Below are positions 14,069 through 25,175 of a stretch of 64,000 nucleotides of DNA, piece by piece. Where the stretch lies: NCBI GenBank assembly GCA_050575255.1, contig JBNZDD010013622.1:1127774-1191773 (forward strand). The letters run 5' to 3'. The notes beneath the pieces are model-generated. The model was given only the letters and a program-made list of their open reading frames with translations, was not told the origin of the DNA and made no database searches. Source of the stretch: Harriotta raleighana (lineage: Eukaryota). A program made the position numbers and the translations under genes. Each line of letters opens with the position of its first letter. Position 1 is the first letter of the stretch.

Positions 14069-14969
14069 CTTAGAAAAGGGGACCAGACAGTGGTTAACAT
14101 AGTCGGAAAAAGGTTTTTGAATAAACTGTTTACGTTTTGCTTCTCAGTCCCAATAATGGAGCTTAAAACAATTATTGGTTTGTAAATATAATACTTTTTC
14201 TTCACGTAGGTTTCAAAAGGTCAGAATTGTTCAAGGAACAAAAATATGTTTTCTGTGAGTAAGCAAAAAGGCCAAACTATTAACTATTAGTTGCGTAAAT
14301 TAAGCAAAGAAAAATAAAAGAAAGATAATGGTTAGTATTTCAGGAAACATGCACATGGAAAGTTAGCATTATTGGTCAGGAGGCAAATACTACAAATGCA
14401 TATTTAGCATATAATACTCAACGTTAAGCAGGGTTATTTTCCTCCCATCAAATCTTAAATCTAAAGCTTTTAATCTTGGATCCCTCTATATATTTTCCCT
14501 CTTATATTATTTACACCACAATTAGTTACACCAGAACTACCAACAATCATGAAAAATAGCACTGACTTCATAGTTTGGATCCATCAAAAACCTCAGAATT
14601 CTGCTCTGTGCATCTGAACCTAGATCCTGAATTATATAATCACACTACTCTAATAATAAGGAAGTCATTCCAATATGCAAGTACAATACAAGCTCTTCAG
14701 GTTTACTTTCTACCCGTCTGTGTTCCACCAAGCTACTGATTGCCCAATGCTCAGCTCTTGCATACAAGGTCCCCACCACTCCCACTTTCTCAGGTGTGGA
14801 GGGGTGAAGATGCATCTAGCTAGGTAGAAGATAATGATGGGTGTTGGAGGTGGAGTGAGCCGGAGGAAACATAACAAAGGAAATTGATAGCCACATGATT
14901 AATTTGACCATATTTGGCATGAAAGCCTCAAGAGAAATTAATTGAGTGTGTTAATATACATTGAGGGAT

Positions 14970-15160
14970 GAGTGACATAATACCTTATAAGGCAGTGCCA
15001 ACACAACATAATCAATACCAAATTTGGGTGTCAATGCCTTTCCCGTTAATGCTGTCATGCAATATCTCAGGTTACATCATAATCAATACCAATGGTCATT
15101 CAACAATGGCGGTCCCACTCAATAAAAGGGGACCTTGATGGGGATTAATGTTCACTAACA
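14970..15160 (+). promoter_or_regulatory. Putative proximal promoter of the S1-like gene
   Basis: TATA-like AATAAAAG at 15121-15128 with Inr-like TCACT about 30 nt downstream (15152-15156); CCAAT at 15089-15093; direct repeat CATAATCAATACCAA at 15007-15021 and 15078-15092; CRE-like TGACATAA (14973) and TTACATCA (15072). Confidence 0.5.
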
Positions 15161-15212
15161 AATCTCGAATTGGTGTGATTGGACTCAACCAGTTGTCGAA
15201 GTCAAAACAACC

Positions 15213-15503
15213 ATGACCAAATCAAGATATCAATCCAGACGCAGTCGCGCCCGCAAACGACATGGGAGAAAGATGAGGAAAACCAGGTGCCGGGGAAGGT
15301 ATCGAAGGAGAATTAATCGTAGACCTTGCCATTCAATCTATAGGAGGAGGGTACTGAAGATTGTGCACCGTAAACGCTGCTCTAAGCCTCGGGAGGACAT
15401 GGATACCACTTGTAAACCAAAGACCAATAGACGTGTTAACGAATCCTTGAAGCAGCATCGAATGTCCCTGAGAGGACTCTCTAAATGCCACATTGCTACG
15501 TAA
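15213..15503 (+). CDS. Spermatid-specific basic nuclear protein S1-like (shark transition protein / protamine-like), 96 aa, nested antisense in an MPRIP intron
   Basis: 26 Arg, 11 Lys, 5 His and 5 Cys in 96 aa. It is colinear with the remembered Scyliorhinus canicula S1 sequence (TKSRY..RRSR, GR.MRKTRCR, YRRRV.KIVH.KR, NRR.NESLKQHR). Kozak context caaccATG with A at -3; AATAAA 25 nt after the stop codon. Confidence 0.85.
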   Translation: MTKSRYQSRRSRARKRHGRKMRKTRCRGRYRRRINRRPCHSIYRRRVLKIVHRKRCSKPREDMDTTCKPKTNRRVNESLKQHRMSLRGLSKCHIAT

Positions 15504-15528
15504 GAATTAAGAGTATCATTTGAAATTG

Positions 15529-15534
15529 AATAAA
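15529..15534 (+). terminator. Polyadenylation signal AATAAA of the S1-like gene
   Basis: Canonical hexamer just after the TAA stop, followed by G/T-rich sequence. Confidence 0.6.
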
Positions 15535-16654
15535 AACAAGCATGTCGGATTTGGGTCAAAAATAATTGTGATTGCCTATTTTCATTAAAGAAAAATCCCC
15601 AAACCCGCAGTTAGTACAATCTAGCAAACCTGGGTAATGTTAGATGATACACTAGATAGGGGATAGATAACCTGGGCAATTTAGGAAATGCACTTGGCAA
15701 GGGTGCATGACTGATGATCCAGCACTGATAGGTTTCTATATTATACACAACAGTGACAATCACACATATAGCACTTCTGATAAGAATCAGAAAACATGCA
15801 CCAATGTATATACATCCCACCTAGAAAGGTGCTATATACATCTGCAGTTTATTCTTTTGAAATATTGCAAAGTATTCACTAGAGATTTATGGACAACCTC
15901 AATATTTTAGAAACATTATTAGCGATTGATCGAACAATGACATCTTGGATTTCAGGTTGATGAGTTTGAATAATCTTGAAAATCAATGATTTGACAACAG
16001 ATCAATGTTTGTCCCTATGAGGGTTTTGAACATTTGTCAGGGATTGCCCCTTTAAGGCTAATGTTTAAAGATCCATAAACCAACTCTTTATGGTTTTTGC
16101 TAAAATGAGTACACATTATTTCATATTCAATGTTTTTGATGCTTTTTCTTTAAAAATGCAACTTTTTATTCCATCTATAATTCAAATGCATTGGAATTAC
16201 TGATCAAAAATGAAATTGACTTTTAAACAATTCATTTTTTAAAAAAAATAACTGCCTACAGTCACCTACCCTTTCTCCCCAGCTTGGCATCAAACTGCCA
16301 CTGTTCAATGCTACTCCACATTAAGGAGGAAAGAGTTGGAAAAAGATCTATATTGACTAGCACTCTTCAGATACAAGAAGAAATCTCTCAGAGGACAGGA
16401 TTTTCAAAAAAATTGGTCAACCAGATATCTCACACATGCAGAAACCCATCACAATGCTTCGGAGTATCCAAATCATCCCTGTAAGTGGAATGGAATATAT
16501 ATACTCTCCCTGGTGGCTAAATTTGGAGCGCATTAGGCTCATGTTTGCAAGAATTAAAGCTTGGGGACCCCAGAATTGACTGATAAATGCACAAAAAATT
16601 TCATGGAATATAGAAAGTTGAACCTAGATCAATACTGTACATGCCATGTAAGAG

Positions 16655-16860
16655 GAAAAGAGGGCACATGTTCAGGGTTTCTGAAGGGAGCATTTAGGTC
16701 AACCATCAGGAAATATTTCCTTACAATTCCTTGGGTGATTAATTGAAACATGTTACCAGGCAGATGATTAAAGCTAGGTCACTGGATGGGATTAAGAAAC
16801 ATGAGAAGGCAGTATGTGTTCTGAAGGATTAGATCAAAATGGCACCATGGCATTCTTCAT
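16655..16860 (+). mobile_element. Degraded CR1-clade LINE 3' end
   Basis: RGH..(K)GAFRSTIRKYFLT..VIN pattern typical of the CR1 ORF2 C-terminus. Confidence 0.55.
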
Positions 16861-19800
16861 CCAAACCTCTCTCGTGATGGATGAGAAGTCTCCTCTCTGT
16901 CGGTCACAAACACCATGAATAAAACTAGGCAGGACAATCACTACCCAGCTCCTAATGGACATAAAATCATGTGAGGAAATAACAAAAATTTGTAACCTTG
17001 TTCAAAAGATTGTAGGTTGGGATAAACTCAAAGGCTTGTGTTTGAAGTACATTTATCAAGATAGAGTACCAGCTCCATCTTCAATTGGACCTGTGCTTAA
17101 ATTGGATCACAAGGGGAAAATTTATATATTTATTTCAACAACTTTATAGAGGAAGCACAATGAGTGACAGAAATATTCATTTATATTCTTTTCCCCACTG
17201 AAATTACTGTAATTTTGAAAAATAAAATGATCTAGTGGCTTTATATTCTGGGACATACTGAGTGTTCAGGTATACATAGTGGTCATGTGGCAGCTGGTGA
17301 ATCTGGTGCAGAGCAGGTTGCTATGTGCACTGTGGAGCGGTAGAAAGGTTGTTGTCAACATGCAATTCGTATTGTAGGGTGGGTGATACAGCGAATAAAT
17401 GAAGCAGAAGAATCTTTACTAAGTGGAGCAGTGCTGAAATAGGTAACTAGTGAGATCAATCAAACAGTTTTAAACAGCACTTAAATCTCAAGTATTTAAC
17501 TGCATGCGTGACATGTTCACTGTAAACTTTCCAGAAGTCAGCACAATTTTGTACAGAATTCCACCAGGTAAACAGATTAGTTCACAAACTCAACTAGACA
17601 CCAATCCCACATTTCTTTGGTCAATGACTCCCAAGAAATCAGGACAACCAAATGTTAAATAAATACCAAACTGGCATTTAGGAACCTAGGAAGAGGAGGC
17701 CATTCAACTCCATTCTATTAGTTCAAGACCGATCTGTACTTCAACCCCATTTATCCAACTTTACCCATCCTCGAGAACCTTGCCTAATAATCTATTGACC
17801 TTAGATTTCCACAATACTTTATGTGAAGAAATGCTTCCTGGTTTCACTCATAAATGGCCTAGCTCAAATTTTAAGATATTGTTTCCATGTTCTGGATTCC
17901 CTCATTGAAGGATATAGTTTTCGGTAACTACCTTTCGAGAGTATTAGAAATTATAATTCTAACCAGTTTTGGGTTAAACTGGATGACTTGTTCAGGATAA
18001 TGACCAACTGGAACGCTTTATCTTAAAGAACGAGCCAAAAAGCAAAGCGATTTAAAAAACTCACTTAACTTGTATGCAACTAAATATAAAGTATTAAAAT
18101 CTTTGTGAAAAAACACAGAAGCGGATTCATCCCCAAGTCTTTTATCCTCGAGCCTTTTCAAACTGATGTCAAGGTATCCATTGCAGAGCTCCAGTCATAC
18201 CAATAGAGGAATGAGAAAGCAGATCTCAGTTCAACTGTAAAAGTTTTCATCTGTGTTATGAAAATTAGTAACATTGTTTATATTTAGTCTAAATTATGGG
18301 GGAAAAAACTGTAAACTCTGCAGTGTGCTATTTAGTTTATTCCACTGGTGAGAAAGAACTCAAATTACTCATACCTGTGATGCTTGGAAATTTCAGACCT
18401 ATCAAAATCATAAGCAATAATCCCCCGCCATTACTTCTATGATATTGCAGCTTGTTTTTACACTTTTTGTTCTAAGATTGCATCAGTGTTACATGCCTTT
18501 CACCAACAGACCATGACTCTTGATTCAGTATTTACTAACCACAAATTTACTGAATCAAAATTCAAAAATAGAATAGAGGCAAACATCAAAAAGATTGAAA
18601 TAGATAATGTAGCTATTCCAGAATCAATGAGCCGATCAAATTGTATTACAGGGCATCATTCCTGTGCTCATCTTTAAAAATGTATGTAAAAAGGGTTCAA
18701 GCTGATGGATTCATTATTGTTCAGCCTTTAGTCTGTCTGATATTGGAAAATATGGTCTAGTCTTTGATATCTACAAACAAGATTTCTTCTGTTAATTGCA
18801 ATTTAATAATAATAATTATTAATCGCAATCTGAAATTCATGGCCAGCAAATTCCAAATCAAACTGTGAAGTTTGCAAACCAATTAATTAATGCTTGGTAA
18901 ATAATGCTACAAAATTCTGTTTGCAAGTGTCATGAATCAGACCCCAATTTATTTGTTGCTTTGCACATTAGATGTCATTCATTTCAATTATGTTACTTAA
19001 ACCATGTTGTAGAGCTTACAACAAACACAAGTATCACAATCCAGATGAATGTTAAATTTTCTGTAAAACATCAGTTCTTATGACTACATAACACAAAGAT
19101 GTTCCACAAAATGTTTTGCCTCCAATTGATAAGAGAAAAAATGGTGATATAAAGCCGAAGAGAAAAACTCCCAAAATGTAGCTTTATGGGATTGTTTTCA
19201 AAAGGAAAATTCCTTTTAACAAACAGCCATCCATTATTTGCTAGTTATTTACAAACAGACCAATGCTAGTTTGGGTTCTGATCCCAAAACTATGTTTTAG
19301 CTAGTGAAATTCCAGCAGTTCCACAAAAACTATTCTTTTGCCAAACCACACATTATTTCCCCCACCCCAAGAAATTGGTATGCATGGTGTGCCCTTCAAG
19401 GTAGGGAATTTTACTAGGAAAATGTCCTTATATAGGGACATGCAATTGTGGTCTGGATATTCTCAGTCATGGTAATGGTTTCCAGCTGACCTTTTCCTCC
19501 CCCAAAGACATTTCTAACACTACTACTTTTTAAAGCCAACATGTACAATACCTTAAGTTCCCCTCTTATGCCTGCCTAAAATATAGAATATAACTAAATC
19601 TATCTGCTCTTCTTCACCCCACTCCCATCTTGATCTCCCAGTTTGTTTCATTAAGAGTAAACTACAGACTTCAAGGTTTCATTGCACGTTGGTTGCTATT
19701 AATGGCATAAAAAGCACCAATGGTTCAGTTTTCCATGTTGTCATGCAGCAGTCCATGCATTTAAAAAAAACTTCTGGCAAGTTGTCAGTTTACAAAACAT

Positions 19801-19880
19801 GCAAAGAGTTCATACAGGAGCAAGTTTGCTCTACATGTAAAGAGCGATGCTGCCCACATAGGGCTTTCTAACTTTCTTAC

Positions 19881-20018
19881 CTGTGAGATATAACCTGCCC
19901 GGACCTGCTGTTCACGTTCCATGGCAGACTTCAGTTGGGCTTCAAGTTCTGCCCTGAACTTCTGAGAGCCTGACAGTTCTTGTTGACAGTGCTCCAACTG
20001 GGTTTTCAAATCTTCAAG
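19881..20018 (-). CDS. MPRIP: MPRIP-like exon (LEDLKTQLEHCQQE...REQQVRAGYISQ)
   Basis: Acceptor atttag|, donor |gtaaga; 138 nt, phase 0. Confidence 0.9.
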
Positions 20019-21169
20019 CTAAATAAAAATAATTTATAACACAATCAGGAGTTACTGCATCTTCCTCGGAAGTTAAATAGTTTTGAGACTTGAATAATTG
20101 ATCGATTTGATTGAATCGATCGGAAGACAGAATGTCACTTACAAAACAATTTTCATCCTGGCGCCTTGGGACGTCCTCCCGACGTGAAAAGCGCTATACA
20201 ATGTAATTTGTTGTTGTTGGGTATGATATTCAGGTGGGAGGGAATGAATGGCTGATTAATTTCAAGACTCCTTATAACAGACAGTAATTAACCTCTATTT
20301 TTAAAACTTTAATCTTTTCAAAGCAAGAACAAGTTGCTCAGAATTTCTAAACACAATGCAACATGCAAAATCTTTACCCATGATTTCTGATATATTTGCC
20401 GGAAAATTTGTTTTACTTTTAAGACACCAAACATTGGTAGCATCTTGATGTTGAAGCACACTGATCTGCAAACATAAGAATTAGGGTGATTCTCACTCGC
20501 TTTGCAGCAGGAAGGAATTTGCTATCCGCAAGTGGGTTATTGGTTGATTAAATGGGTTTGAGTGGTACAATAAACTTTAGTAATCATATATGCAAATTGT
20601 TATCTGAATATACTTGCAAAAGATTAAATATTTGTATCCCAAATATCCCAGTAAATGTGATATTAAAATAACTAGCCCTACAATTATGTTAATAGTCTAC
20701 AATGATATTTATCCATGATGGATCATTGAATTAATTCATACATTAAGCTCGGAAGTGCTTCAACTGTACAGTGCTCTTTGAAGAAAGAGTTTGTACTGTT
20801 TTTGTCACATTATAATTCACATATCAAAAATCATGGTTGAAACTAAACAACTTTGTTAACCGCATCCATGCAACTTGAACGGTAAGAAGTTTAGAGTTGA
20901 AGAGAGCATGCAGGCGGGGTAATAGCTATCCCAGTAATCAATACGTCTGTCATCAATGGTCCACAAATATGTCAATTTTTCACTCCAAACATAACCATGC
21001 ATTAAATTCCAATTTGGGAATTGCTACGTGAGAGAATTACAAATTTTTAAGCGAATGCATTTAGGTTACTATGAACACAGTGCTGGAGAAGAGAGAATAT
21101 GTATTCCACATTATAGTTGACAGCATATGCTATTATTTGAGCATATTACCCATTTTGTTCTGTGCCTAC

Positions 21170-21734
21170 CTCTTTTGCGTGGGTTTCCAGGAGCTTGTCA
21201 ATCTGCACTGTCTGAGAACCTGGTGTAACTGTTGCCAGCGGTACCCGCCGCTCTTCCCTGAGGGGCGTCCGCTCCACCTGTTGCCAGTGTTCTTCAATTT
21301 CATCGTGTACTTTCTTCTGTCGATCTGGGGGTGGTGAGGTGATGGCCGATTCGAATTCCATCTTGCCTCCATCAAATGAGCTTGAACCTGGAGTTCCCGT
21401 CACCGCCTCGTATCTTTTCCTACGTTCCTCCCGCCGTTTAGTCCGCTCCCAATCACTCAGTTCTGGTGGGGGTGAGCTGAGACTTTCCATACGGCTGTCA
21501 CATAGATCGGATTTTGATGCTCTCTGTTGTGCCAAGGCTTGTGCTATTGGCCTGAATTCTGCCCAGTCAAAAGTTTTCGATCTACCTTCGCGTCTTCGGT
21601 CACGAGCTCGACTCCTTCGCTGTCCAGTCTCTTTGCCAAAAGATGACGTTTCAGAAGATGGAGAGTCAGATTTGCTGTCATGTTTCAGGTTGGTGTCTGG
21701 GGGCATTACCGCACACTGCTCCTCTGGTAAACTG
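21170..21734 (-). CDS. MPRIP: MPRIP-like exon (SLPEEQ...RRREGRSKTFDWAEFRPI...LLETHAKE)
   Basis: Tandem acceptor tttcag|cag|, donor |gtaggc; 565 nt, phase 2 to 0. Confidence 0.92.
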
Positions 21735-21996
21735 CTGAAATAAATCAGGATCAAACATTGCTGAAATTCAACCAACTAAACATTATGATCAGATGGTTGT
21801 CACTGCAGAGAGATCACCAATTGACAAAGAAAAGTAAATTAAAAAAGGCAGGTTACTCTCACCAAACCCTGAAAAAATAAGTGAGGCAAAATGACACACA
21901 TCTGCAATGACAACCACCTGATGATTCACATCCTTTAGTTCTCTTAGTAATAAACAGCTGATACTTTCCCAGGTAGGGTTATGGGGGATTTCTCAC

Positions 21997-22106
21997 CTAG
22001 CAACATCTGGTGCTGTTGAAGGACGGACATTTTTCATTATTGCCTGAATCCAATTGCGCCGAATACCAGCAGTCATCGCAGAGAGGGTATACACAGTTTC
22101 CTGCGT
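21997..22106 (-). CDS. MPRIP: MPRIP-like exon, end of PH2 ([36 protein letters not shown])
   Basis: Acceptor ttacag|, donor |gtgaga; 110 nt, phase 0 to 2. Confidence 0.93.
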
Positions 22107-22834
22107 CTGTAAGATGAATGAAAACTATCTGCACTATCTCATAGAAATTATAGAGTAGAAAGGGGCCATTTAGCACATCAAGCCTATGCTGGTGCTAGCT
22201 CTGCCAATTGAGTTCTAAAGTATATTTTTAATCCATTGATTCTCAGCACATGGTCACCAACACTTACTGGTGCCAGCAGTTCTAGTTTTTCCAAAAACAA
22301 TACTTATAAACATGTGAAAAATTAAATAAAACTAGACATGAACACATTTTTTGCTGCAGATTTGTCGAACTGCATTTGTGAAAACACTTTTTTTGCACAA
22401 AATCTTGACAGACAGCAAAAAAAACAGCATAACAAATGAAAAACATTTATTTTTAGAGACCAGAATTGTCAGTACAGATATAATTAGCTTAGTGGTTAAT
22501 AGCTCTTAACAAAAGCGTTTGCCCTGGACACCAATTCCAGACCATTTGCACTAGATCATACCTTGATCTGCAAGACTAAATTCTATTGTTCCTACTGTAT
22601 ACTGCAGGACCTTACTGTACATGATATTAAATAATATACTGCATTATCAGAAGCTTTCCCTCTATGACTTTAAAAATGTTTCAACATTAATGGGAGCTGT
22701 AAAAAAGCAAGTTATGATGCATGGCAACTCCCCTGATGAATGCTTGAACAATGCACTTTACATCCGACAGCAACAGAGGATGACGCCAGTATAGTTTTAA
22801 GATGGAAGGAGATTTTCAGAACCAATGAACTTAC

Positions 22835-22924
22835 GTGAATTTGGAATCCATAATTTCTCTGCACCTGATATTCGGTTACATTGTAGCAAGTAGACAAGTC
22901 AATTTCACCATCCAGATCTGATGC
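22835..22924 (-). CDS. MPRIP: MPRIP-like exon, PH2 ([30 protein letters not shown])
   Basis: Acceptor ttttag|, donor |gtaagt; 90 nt. Confidence 0.93.
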
Positions 22925-23403
22925 CTAAAATGAGAAGCCAACTGGTTACCAATTAGGCTGCTTAAATATCATCATAGTACAACCAACATATTCACATATC
23001 TGATCTTTAGCAGAAGCTATTGAAATCATCCATATTCATGTTCATCTGCAGAATTTTATTTGATCAAAAGCAAATGAGTGCCCCTGGAGAGAGCGAGTGT
23101 TTCATTCCAGACACACGAGTTCCACGTGTAGGTGTCTTTTGTGGACCTCTCAAATCTGGTTTGGATATTCTCTGAAGCTGATATGAATGATATATCCTAA
23201 GAAAATGGCGTAGTGAACTTGATGGAACAAATAGCCTACTTCAGGTTCCCCAAAATGTTCCAATTTCACAAAAAATGGCATCCCCTCATCACAGAAGAGC
23301 AAGTCATTTTCAATATTAAGAAGAGAAAAGAGACCAAATATCAATAACAAACACTAATATGGGGATGAGGTAGGAAAACAAGAACAACAAGTGAAGCACT
23401 CAC

Positions 23404-23472
23404 ATCCTCAGCTATAGAGTCCTTGTAGTACCGCAGGCTGTGGTCAGTCAATACAAACCAGTATTTCTTCCA
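23404..23472 (-). CDS. MPRIP: MPRIP-like exon, PH2 (WKKYWFVLTDHSLRYYKDSIAED)
   Basis: Acceptor tttcag|, donor |gtgagt; 69 nt. Confidence 0.92.
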
Positions 23473-24849
23473 CTGAAAAACAGAACGAAAAAAGTGATTG
23501 CGGGGTAAGCTCATTTTCTAATGAACTATGATATTCCAAATGGTACTGCACAAACACTTCCATAAAGGCAGTGCTCTCTTCCAAGTATATTTAGCACTCC
23601 AATGAAGGCGCCTATTACAGTACAGTAATATGTTTCAACAACTCTTTGAAAATGCCATGGAATGTGTATTCATTTTGTAAAAGTGAAGATGTTTTCTTTA
23701 CAGTTCCACATTCCTTCTTCTCTAAATTCACTGTATGAAATATTTATCAAAGTCATCAGTCTGTACAGATACCTGAACAAAGGTCAGCAATGACGTTGTA
23801 CTTAGTTTGAGCAGACACACAGGCGGTCTCTGCGTAAACGCCCAATTAACCCTAGAACCATCATTTAGTTCCCCACTTGATAACTTGTCCATCATAAAGC
23901 ATTTCAACATTTTTCTTCTTGCTTATGTTGATTTAAGCCATTTTAATCAAATTGAATCGATTACATTTTGTTAGTGCAAAGGAAATTATTTTCAAAAAGT
24001 CTTAATTAATATGTGCATATCGGGTGTCATCTTCATGCATGACATAATAAATTGAGTTTTAATTCTTACGTAATATCAACCCTAAACTTTCTGAAACTAT
24101 TCAACTTAGGAAGTCTCTGCATTAAGCACAAAATGAGTTCCATTGATTCACAAGATCCTAGAGTAAAGCTGCTACACAACCATGATTCCAAAATAACTTT
24201 CAAATACCTTTTAACTAACTGAAAGGCCATTTTCAACCATTTAATAGGTATATGTTTATAACCTAAAAAGCAGCTTTTTAAAACACAAACTGATATACAT
24301 TTGGAAATTCTTAACAATTTATCATGAGGGAAAACAAATTGTTTAGATTATTCACTATTTTTCCACCATAAAATTCAAAATTCCTAAAACAAAGCATTTT
24401 GACAAATTACCATTATAGTCATCTTAAAAGTACACATTTTAAAACTTAATGCTATTATGAACCCATATTTTATGTGTAATTCTTAAGAGTTACCAGATTA
24501 TTAGTCTTTCAACACATTTCAAATCGCAGTAAAGAGTTAAACCTAAGAACATAAGAAATGCTGGGAAAAAAGACCAAGATCCATCTAGTGGTGTTCGCAC
24601 GCACATAAGCTCCAAACTGCCCACGTACTATATCCCAACATCAAAGCAAAGGAACACAAGTAGAAGTTTAATCATTGAGCAAATATCTTGGTACTGTCAT
24701 TGACAAGTAATAAAACTAGAGTTGTCAGGTGTTACATGCATGTATACAGAAGTTAGGCTGGAATTCAGGCTACAACTACATAACTGTGTCACGTCAATCA
24801 GAGGATGTATAGAGGACATATTCTCCACCCCATTCACATTGTACATCTC

Positions 24850-25175
24850 CAAATAACAACAGCTTGCATTTATATAGCGGCCCTCAGGCAAGGGAGCGTC
24901 CCAGAGCACTTGACAGTGAAGGAGCAAAATGCCGAGCCAGGGAGAGGTTAAAGAAGGTCTTTGGATATGACTTGAAGATGGGGAATGTAAGGGCAAGCAA
25001 GAGGGATAGAAGAAGAGTGTTCCAGAATTTCGGGGCGAAGTGGCTGTAAGCTCAACCACCGATGGTGGAATGGAGGGACAGACAGCAAAACTAACTGCTC
25101 TAAAAAATGGAATAAGCGCTCTGAGACGCCATCCGGCGTGGAGGGCGCTATATAAATCGAAGTTGTTGTTGTTGA
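24850..25175. mobile_element. Two oppositely oriented L2/SINE 3' ends
   Basis: Minus-strand tail at 24852-24915 with an L2 C-terminal relic to about 25080; plus-strand tail at 25115-25175 ending (GTT)n. Confidence 0.6.

Noticed and set aside
14069-19880. Search for additional protamine or S2-like genes beside the S1-like gene
   Set aside because: No second Arg-rich ORF was seen by eye in this intron or elsewhere in the window; very short or diverged copies could have been missed.
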